A stretch of 64,000 bases of DNA from the NCBI GenBank assembly GCA_019828565.1, contig JAHDYR010000003.1:722104-786103 (forward strand), given 5' to 3'. Below are positions 55,901-64,000 of this stretch, piece by piece (position 1 is the first letter of the stretch; the number at the start of each line of letters is the position of its first letter). The notes beneath the pieces were generated by a model. It was not told the DNA's origin. It was given only the letters and a program-made list of their open reading frames with translations, and ran no database searches. Source of the DNA: Carpediemonas membranifera BICM. Taxonomy: Eukaryota; Protista; Fornicata. Both the position numbers and the translations under genes were made by a program.

Positions 55901-57210
55901 CACCATGCAGTCAATTCTGGTACCTTTTCTGGAACAAATAGTTCCAGAATTGGTTCCAGAATGCCAGAAAAAATGGCATTTGCAAGAAAAACTAAACGCG
56001 TTCAAACAATTTAGCGACGCCTTGCCATGGGATGTAAAGCAATATGCAACTAATACTGGGCCCAAGGAACGTTGATACGTACTGCTCTCATGAACTCACT
56101 CACTTTTCAGCAGAGCTCGACCAAAAACTAACAGAGGCTTGCCCGAGGTGTGCTTAAGCCAGCTCCAACTCTCTCTCAGTCTGTGACAGCTCCCCAAAAA
56201 AAATATTCTTGCTCAAAGTTGAGGTTTTCGGGAAATACTGCCAAAAAGTTTGCTTCTGCTCAAGAACGGGGGATGCGCGTTGGATACCGACACCGTTACG
56301 TAACAGTTTAACATTCATTATAACAGCGCTAGCCTCCAGATTTCCTTGCGCACGCCTTTATCTGGAGAAAATAGCACAAACTTTCGCAAGCAAACGCAAA
56401 TCGATAGAAAAATATGTTTCATGTCCAACGGAGCTAAAACTGAGCACAGTGTTATTCATCCTTCTATTCTACTAGTTTATCACTTCAAAAGGATCTGAAC
56501 TTCAGTATTGATGGTGTTATAGGCACTGGTTCGGTTCGAGTCAAAACTGACTAAACTGTGACGACGGCTAGGTGTTGAAACATGCCATACTCACTCGTAG
56601 CGTGGCGCTTAATAGTGCCAGAATTGCTTCACTGCCACAAATCAATGGAGGTTCATGTTTGTGCATAAAGTACACAAACATGAGAAGACACGAATTCGTC
56701 ACTGAATTAGAGACGATGCGCATAAGAATCAAAGATTTGGTTCAAATAGAGGAATACTACCTCTTTGCAGACGATATCGCGAAGGAATACCTTGATGTTG
56801 CGTCCATATACCTGATGAAGGCAATCCTACGTTCTCAGTGAGGCAACTAGCAAACATGAACCGTATCAAGAGACAAATATTGAAGCACTCCCCGTCCACA
56901 TCATGTTTGATAAATTTTCTGGTGTCATTCTGCTGTTAATATCAGACAAGCAAACAACGTAGTGATGCGGAGAGACCGCGTGCTGCTAGAATACGCAGGG
57001 CATGATGCACCTGTTGATACCAGGAGCGCTGTCTGGTATGATGATTAATTGCAACGAACGCGATCACCGGAAATTACCTTACCTTACCTTACCTGCAGGT
57101 ACCATGGGTGTTCGTTTTCGTCTCCAAACGCCATGGTGTAAGAGCATAAAGTGCATTTTCTGTTTACTGTGCCGTTGGGGATTGATGGCGCTGGCGTAGG
57201 GGTGCTGTGT

Positions 57211-57651
57211 GGGCGCCAGGGATGAGGCGCCAGGGATGAGGGAGCCAAGATGAGGGCGCCAGGGATGAGGCGCCAGGGATGAGGCGCCAGGGATGAGGCG
57301 CCAGGGATGAGGCGCCAGGGATGAGGCGCCAGGGATGAGGGAGCCAAGATGAGGGCGCCAGGAATGAGGCGCCAGGGATGAGGGAGCCAAGATGAGGGCG
57401 CCAGGGATGAGGCGCCAGGGATGAGGCGCCAGGGATGAGGCGCCAGGGATGAGGCGCCAGGGATGAGGCGCCAGGGATGAGGCGCCAGGATGAGGGCGCC
57501 AGGGATGAGGCGCCAGGGATGAGGCGCCAGGGATGAGGCGCCAGGGATGAGGCGCCAGGGATGAGGCGCCAGGGATGAGGGAGCCAAGATGAGGGCGCCA
57601 GGAATGAGGCGCCAGGGATGAGGGAGCCAAGATGAGGGCGCCAGGGATGAG
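57211..57651 (+). repeat. 14-bp purine-rich minisatellite (GGCGCCAGGGATGA, ~30 units with variants)
   Basis: Directly visible. Confidence 0.95.
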
Positions 57652-57664
57652 GAGTACAGTATTT

Positions 57665-58006
57665 GAACCCCGAAAACGCCATATTACCAGCACCAATGAG
57701 CTTCATCAACGAAGATGCGCTCACTGGTGCCTGTTATGGCGTTTTCGGGGTTCGTCGATCATTCTGCTCCCAAATCTGCACCTGTATTTTCGTGAGCATG
57801 CCCGGGAGCTGGGCCAGACGAGTGGTGCCACAGGGACTAAGCTCCGCTGCTCAGCCTCTGCCAGGCGACACTCGTCTGAATTCTGCACGAAAAATTCAGA
57901 CGACGAATGATGGGCAAGGGCCGCGAAAACGCTGAAGTACCAGCGCAAGTAGAGCGGTTTGCAATAAAATAGCTTACTTGCGCTGGTGCTGGCGTTTTCG
58001 GGGCCC
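57665..58006. repeat. Two related imperfect inverted-repeat pairs (57665-57701/57719-57753 and 57918-57951/57975-58006)
   Basis: Arms CGAAAACGC...CCAGC and GCTGG/TGGTGC...GGCGTTTTCG. Confidence 0.85.
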
Positions 58007-58013
58007 TGAATTG

Positions 58014-58400
58014 CCCCGGGCGCTCTCCCAGGCTTCTCTCTCCCGGGCTCCTCTCTCCCGGGCGCTCTCCGGGCTTCTCTCTCCCGCGCTCTTCTCCCCG
58101 GGCGCTCTCCAGGCTTCTCTCTCCCGGGCTCCTCTCTCCGGGCTCTCTCCCGGGCGCTCTCCCGGGCTTCTCTCTCCCGGGCTCTTCTCCCCCGGGCGCT
58201 CTCCCGGGCTCCTCTCTCCCGCGCTCTTCTCCCCGGGCGCTCTCCCGGGCTCCTCTCTCCCGCGCTCTTCTCCCCGGGCTCCTCTCCCTGGGCTCTCTCC
58301 GGGCTCCTCTCTCCGCGCTCTTCTCCCCCAGGCTCTATCCTCCGGGGCTCCTGTCCCCAGCGCTGTTTCCCAGGCGCTCTGCTCTCTCCAGCGTCCTCAC
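58014..58400 (+). repeat. Pyrimidine-rich degenerate minisatellite (CTCTCTCCCGGGCG-like)
   Basis: Directly visible. Confidence 0.9.
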
Positions 58401-58847
58401 TCGTAAATGTACGTTGCTGTCTTGTCTGCTTGATCTGATTTCATTTAGTGTGCACTTTAGGGGATAGTTTCATTGCAACGCCAAAATGGCGAGTTCAGGT
58501 TGTAGCAATGATCTGATGCGCGGAATGTACTAGAAAACATTGCAATTACAACGCAAAGCAGCGAAAAGCGGAGAAATCAACATCAATAACAACATCAACA
58601 CCAAAAGAACAGTATCCCAAAGAATTGTGGGCGTTGCTGCGCCAAAGAGCAATAAATGACCACAAAGCATTCGCTTATGCACAATTAGCTGCCAGAAAGA
58701 ACACTACACCGTTACTTTGGATCATCCCAGTTCGCCGGAGATGACGCAGGTCCAGAACGCTGCCTTGGAGGGCTGGTGAAGCGGTTGTGTAGCGCTTACT
58801 CGCCTGGCCTTTGGGGCTCTCTCAACATCCTTCCAGACTACTGCATT

Positions 58848-58998
58848 GTCATTCACCGGAGGAGCAGGCCAGAGTCACTTGCCATCTGGCGCATCATGAG
58901 GAGATATTGGAATGTGATGATGTGTTTATTGACTAAATGAGCTGGAATTAGGCGGGTTTGATGTTGCTTACATGTTCTGTGGCATGCCTGATGTCCAA
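58848..58998 (+). repeat. Direct repeat, copy 1 (matches 63849-64000)
   Basis: ~150 bp with about 2 differences; copy 2 runs off the window end. Confidence 0.93.
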
Positions 58999-59394
58999 AG
59001 ATGTATTTTGGCACAGTGATGTTGTTTAGTGTGCTCATTGCTGACCGCATAGTTATCTGACGTCAATGTGTCGTGTTGATGGCAAGAAATCGATGGTAGC
59101 TCGCACGTTTGAGGTAGTTGCTTGTTGCATCGATGCAACGCACTTTAAGGATTAACCACCTGCACCCCATAGCCGTTTCCTAAGGCCAGATACGGTCCTC
59201 TGTAGCGTATATACACGCGTGAATTGGGACTAGATGGGACTAGATGCAGTGTTGTGGCATGCCCGGTCTAGCTGAATCCACAAATGTGGATCGGCTCGGG
59301 CTGCCGTATAGGTGGCCTGCTCTGGACTTATGGCTGGAGATACAGTTGGCAGGTAGTTGACTCGTACATGCTCATATGGACAACCGACGGCCAT

Positions 59395-60783
59395 TTACTT
59401 CTGGTGCTTTTCCTGCTCTCTCTTCTCCATCAGGTCGTCATACTCGGCCCTCGTCAGCCTCACAGTTGTCATCCCGGCATCACGGATGTGCTCAAAGGCC
59501 TCAACGGGCAGCTTCGGCATCCCGTCGTCGCTGTCGCTGCTGCTGCCGAAGTCTGACTCGCTCTCGTGATAGCGGCGAAGGCGAATGCGTCTGCTGGGCT
59601 CCCTGGCCTTCATAGAGTCATAGAGCGGAGCGAGCCCACTTCCATTGGTCCCGCTACGGACACCCTCATCGGTATCTCTCTCAGACATATCACACTCAAC
59701 CTGTTGTGACTGAACAAATGACAGGTTGTCGACGAGGCTATCCTCGGCATCGCTGTCTGAACTCTCCTCATCCTCCCACTCTCCTTCCAGCATCTCCAAC
59801 CCGGCCTCATCGTCAGACTCGCCCTCCACCGCGGTCTCCGGCATCTCTGCCTCGCCAGCTGTCTCGTCAAACAGCGCCTCATCGTCAGACTCCCCCTCCC
59901 CCGTGTCGTCCCCCTCGGGCTTACGCTGGTCGTGGAGCTGGACCATCCTAATCCTGAGCTTGTTGTAAAGCCAGTCATCGAGCGTCGGCGGCACCAGGTC
60001 GGCAGAGCTTCGGATCTCCGGGTTGAGATCGAGGATCGTTGGGCGTCGCGTGGTCGTTAAGTGACTGGACGCCAACTGGCGCCTGAACTGCTCATCGGTC
60101 AGGCTGATGCGCTTGTCCTTAATGACCTTACGAACCTTGGTCGGATCCCTGGGCCTGCCCGTCCGTCTCTGTGTCTCAATCACCCGCTTCTTGAGCTGAT
60201 TGAGATCGACATGCACAGTGGGCGCATAGCGAAGCTGGTTAACACTCAGCCCGACCGACTTGAGAGCCTGCGAGAAGGTGCTAGGCATCACAGCGGACAT
60301 CGTGGATGGTGCCCCGGTGAATAGCAACCAGTCAGCGAGTTCCGGGGGAATCTGGAGCTCGCTCACATCAATATCGCGGGCTGATGTGGCAGTCATGCCT
60401 GTGTGGCTGATGATAAGAGCCAGCGCATTGTAGGGGAAGACTAGTCGGACAATAGCTTCCGATGCGACAGGCTCAAACTGCCCAAGCGGCTTGACATTGT
60501 CTCTGCCGGAGTTTCGGAATGAGTTGACGGCACTGAGAGTGACAGCAGCGGTTGCCTTGCTCAATGATGCAGCAAAACCGGGCACAAGCGATCTAACCTC
60601 CTCGGACCGGATCACGGAGAGCGCTTCGTCCTCGGTACTCCCTCGCTCACGTTGTACGAATTGAACGAACCGCGAAAGGTTGTTTGCGACCGCTTTCCGG
60701 GAAGATTTCTTACTGATGGTGCACAACCAAGCATTCTTCACAGCTTCCATGGTTGTTTCCATCTCCTGCGGGCTTCCTTCCAT
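59395..60783 (-). CDS. Hypothetical protein with degenerate tyrosine-recombinase-like N-terminal half and acidic tail
   Basis: NNLSRFVQF...ATAAVTLSAVNSF (core-binding-like), ALALIISHTGMTATSARDIDVSEL (box I-like, R missing) and SVNQLRY (box II-like). The ORF is solid; the fold call is weak. Confidence 0.45.
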   Translation of the reverse strand: MEGSPQEMETTMEAVKNAWLCTISKKSSRKAVANNLSRFVQFVQRERGSTEDEALSVIRSEEVRSLVPGFAASLSKATAAVTLSAVNSFRNSGRDNVKPLGQFEPVASEAIVRLVFPYNALALIISHTGMTATSARDIDVSELQIPPELADWLLFTGAPSTMSAVMPSTFSQALKSVGLSVNQLRYAPTVHVDLNQLKKRVIETQRRTGRPRDPTKVRKVIKDKRISLTDEQFRRQLASSHLTTTRRPTILDLNPEIRSSADLVPPTLDDWLYNKLRIRMVQLHDQRKPEGDDTGEGESDDEALFDETAGEAEMPETAVEGESDDEAGLEMLEGEWEDEESSDSDAEDSLVDNLSFVQSQQVECDMSERDTDEGVRSGTNGSGLAPLYDSMKAREPSRRIRLRRYHESESDFGSSSDSDDGMPKLPVEAFEHIRDAGMTTVRLTRAEYDDLMEKREQEKHQK

Positions 60784-60784
60784 C

Positions 60785-61114
60785 GATATACGGATTTCAG
60801 ACTTTCGTCATGCACAAAAATTCGAATCTCTCCAAATGCCCAAAACAGTGGTCAAACCGTGTTCAGGGGTACAAAAGAGTGCCATAGGCACGTTCTTGCA
60901 TTTCAAAATATTCTAGAGGTCGTTCATAAATTCTCAGATGGCCAACAGTACGAAAGTCTGAAATCCATTTATCATGAGACCCGACAAATTTGAAATCCAT
61001 TTATCGGGTGGATACATCACTGTAGAGGGTATTCATGGATATAGGTGCCTTTTCGGTGCCGAGGGGAGTCAACATTTGAGGTCGTGCAGGCAGAAAGTCT
61101 GAAATCCGTATATC
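60785..61114. mobile_element. MITE-like segment with perfect 22-bp terminal inverted repeats
   Basis: GATATACGGATTTCAGACTTTC (60785-60806) and its reverse complement (61093-61114); partial internal copies at 60952 and 60991. Confidence 0.65.
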
Positions 61115-62018
61115 TCATCACTGCTTATAGATCCTGGCAGACAACGGCCTCTTGGCAACGCCTGAGGTGTAAGGATTCGCTTGCCTCTGTGTTGTCGCAT
61201 CAGCTTCGCTGAAAACGGGGGAACTGACCCGCGCATTCGCGCACTTTATGCTCGCAACGAGACCGAAATGACGAACTGAAGAATAGGAAGAATACTGGCG
61301 GCTTTAACGATACAGGCATGCACATATCACTAAGAAACATCAGTTGGCGGGCGCAGAGCATCAGTCAAGCACCAATTATCTCTAAACAACATCAAGTACC
61401 AAAAGTCCATCAGGACGAAACGATATGAACTATAAATGGAGCACAGAGCAGTACAGATGATTTGAGAGTACCAGGCATGGCCAGAATACCGTAATTATCG
61501 TCCGTTCATCCACGTGACCTCCATCTTGGTCGGTATCCAGAGAACACCTGTCAGACGCTTGCAACGGAACATTTAGGGGGTGCATCCTAAATGGGTCCAG
61601 ATTTGAGGCACCCTTGGTCTGACATGCCATGACCGAGCACTCTAGGGGCCTCCACAGTGCGTCCCGAGGTACGTTAGAGCACCACAGACCTTCCCCCAAA
61701 AGCTGACTCCTGGACCCCTTGGCCGGAGCTCGCCCGAAGCGTGCCTCGGCTTGAACTAACGGCAAGAGAGCATAAAATCAGCCCTTTCGAACCGTGTTTT
61801 ATGCTCTGCTGCCGTTATAGAATTATTCAAAGGGCCCTCTCTTTGCGCTTTTTTCTGGTTCGTGGGACGAAGTAGGGACGGACAAAAAAAGCACATACGG
61901 AAGGTATTGGAGGTACTGAGGCCGCCTAGGTACATAGTTGCCGTGTGGATGGTTTCAGTTTATTACTTTTGGCACTCTATGTCCATTTTTTTATGCTCTC
62001 TTGCTGATAGTGCCGAAC

Positions 62019-63723
62019 ATGGACTTGCTAAAGTGGATTGAGAGCGCTAGCAAGGAACAGTACGATGCGATATTGGCTGCATACACCAAGGCAACCACCA
62101 ATCATGCCAAATGTGCTGTCCTTCGCGCGGTTTTGCTGGATGAACGGAAACTGCTCGATCTAGTCATCAGGAAGCGTTTGTAGTCATAGCAATGCTTATA
62201 TAGGAATCAACCTGAACCATATCACCACGAAATTCCGCCTCACGAAGGACGAGAAGGAGGAGCTCCATGATAAGTTGAAGAAGCAGTTTATGGCACTCGC
62301 CGGACCAAGAAGTTCCAAGAAGCTCGGCGCGCTGGCGAAGTGGGTTGACGACAACCAGGCTGATATCGTGTATAGCCAGGAGAAGCGCAAGGCGCGTAAG
62401 GCCATTATTGAGGCCATTGACGCCGAGGAGAAGGACAAGGGCAAGGGCAAAGCCGAGAGCGCTAAGAAAGAACCCGTCGACGATGAGAGTGGCGTGGACA
62501 GTGGTGAAGAGAGCGGCGTCGACGATTCTGAGTTGTGCGACAGTGAGAGTGAGGTGGACTTTGACAACGAGTCCGACGATGAGATTAGAGAACGCGCGAT
62601 CAAGCGCCGGCGCGAGAGAAAGATCGCCCAGAAGCTCAAGGAGTGGGAGGACAATAACGCTCGCAACTACGTCCTGTGGCATAGAGTCCAGAAGGAGGTG
62701 CACGGCGAGCTTCGCATTCGCGCCTCTCGAGAGTCAGCTTCGGTTGCTGGGGACAACCACGTCGACGTTCAGTTCGACAGATACCTTCGCGTATCCAAGC
62801 TGCTCGAAATGAAGGACTGGATTCACAAAGACCTCCCATCTCTTCCGATGGAGGCACGAGTGCTCCATCACAAGGCGCAGAAGAGAGTACTCGAGCTGGA
62901 GGAGACCGTCACGAGGCTGCTGCAAGACGTGGGGTACGCAGCTGACATCTCCATGGGTGCCAGCCCGACACCCGCGCCGTTTCGCCGCGACCTACCCCAG
63001 TCGGGCACACACCAAGCACGAACGAGTACCCCCCGCCGTACGGGGAAGAGCGACACAATCCACATGAAGCGCAAGGCCCTCATGACAATCCCTCAGAAGA
63101 TCGCTGATGTCGATAGCAACTCAGAGGAGTCAGACGAGGAGGAGATGGTGACAGAGGAGAGGAAGGGTGAGTCACATGAGGAGGACGTGACCAAATGCGA
63201 CGCCTGCATCCAGACTGAGCCGGAGACTCAGACTCGCATCACCTCTGAGGCCGCGGTGCAGACGTGCATCAACGCGGAGGCTCTCACGGCTGGCTGTACC
63301 GCGATTCATGTCAAGAGTGACGGCAACTGCGTTGCATATTGTCTCCAAGCCATTGAGTTGGGTGGCAGAGTTGATGGCGACTTCGAAAGGTGGCAGCGTG
63401 GCCTCTGCCAGTCAGTGAAGGCCAAGTACTGGTCTAAGAAGAATTTCACGGAGCGTAGCCTGACAGATCCGGACTCCGGCTACTATAACTCGAACGCCAT
63501 CCGAGTCTGGGCGAGGAAACAGAAGCGGAACATCCTTGTTGTCCAGTCATACGACGGATACAACGGCATGCAAGGCATCTCCGCCATCTTATACCTGTTT
63601 GATGGCACCACCATGCTTGCACCCGATGCAGACTTGTGGGGGTTGACAGATAATTTCGCTATTGTCATCGAAGGCGATCCGGCTCACGCCACGCTGTACC
63701 CAGAAGAAGTGCGAGGTCGTTGA
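62019..63723 (+). CDS. Charged protein with C-terminal OTU-like cysteine protease domain; probable 28-nt intron 62176-62203
   Basis: IHVKSDGNCVAYCL and a distal His (DPAHATL). Intron GTTTGT...TTATATAG joins ATG 62019 in frame with ORF 62275. Confidence 0.65.
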
Positions 63724-63848
63724 GATTGAATAAAGATTTGGATATGCCCGTGTAGCCAGCGGTTCATGACCTGCAGCAGACATTTGGACGTACAGCGGGA
63801 TACCACATCAATTAGGTCACTTGCGGGCTAAGATTGTCGTTGTCGATC

Positions 63849-64000
63849 GTCATTCACCGGAGGAGCAGGCCAGAGTCACTTGCCATCTGGCGCATCATGA
63901 GGAGATATTGGAATGTGTTGATGTGTTTATTGACTAAATGAGCTGGAATTAGGCGGGTTTGATGTTGCTTTACATGTTCTGTGGCATGCCTGATGTCCAA
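63849..64000 (+). repeat. Direct repeat, copy 2 (matches 58848-58998)
   Basis: Sequence identity to copy 1; truncated by the window edge. Confidence 0.93.

Noticed and set aside
56209-57199. Short ORFs after the retroelement
   Set aside because: AT-richer DNA with short frames and no recognisable motifs; possibly a decayed gene but not supportable.
57079-58406. Repetitive ORFs (LAPHPWRLIPGASS; SPGLLSP)
   Set aside because: Translations of 14-bp-type minisatellites that are open in several frames.

Overview
Gene-dense, GC-rich eukaryotic (protist) chromosome segment, not bacterial. It has very short GT-AG introns (28-52 nt) and cytosolic Hsp90, BBS8, NEDD1, E2F and SCAMP genes. The style suggests a free-living fornicate/metamonad such as Carpediemonas (inference only). 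About 2.7-47 kb is mostly housekeeping genes. Interspersed are three pieces of a Fanzor (eukaryotic TnpB, RNA-guided RuvC nuclease) family: a near-complete frameshifted gene with a structured omega-RNA-like 3' region (688-2707), a second diverged C-terminal relic (21578-22440), and an internally deleted non-coding derivative (32824-33087). From 47.2 kb the window is accessory DNA. A ~14.6-copy 421-bp tandem array is joined directly to a 5'-truncated non-LTR retrotransposon, and every array unit shares a covarying stem-loop with that element's 3' UTR; this is the most intriguing signal here, a candidate RT plus non-autonomous structured/circular RNA partner. Next come a mirror-symmetric minisatellite/palindrome structure and a direct-repeat-flanked cassette carrying a degenerate tyrosine-recombinase-like gene and an OTU-like protease. 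All family calls are from motifs recognised by eye; no searches were run.
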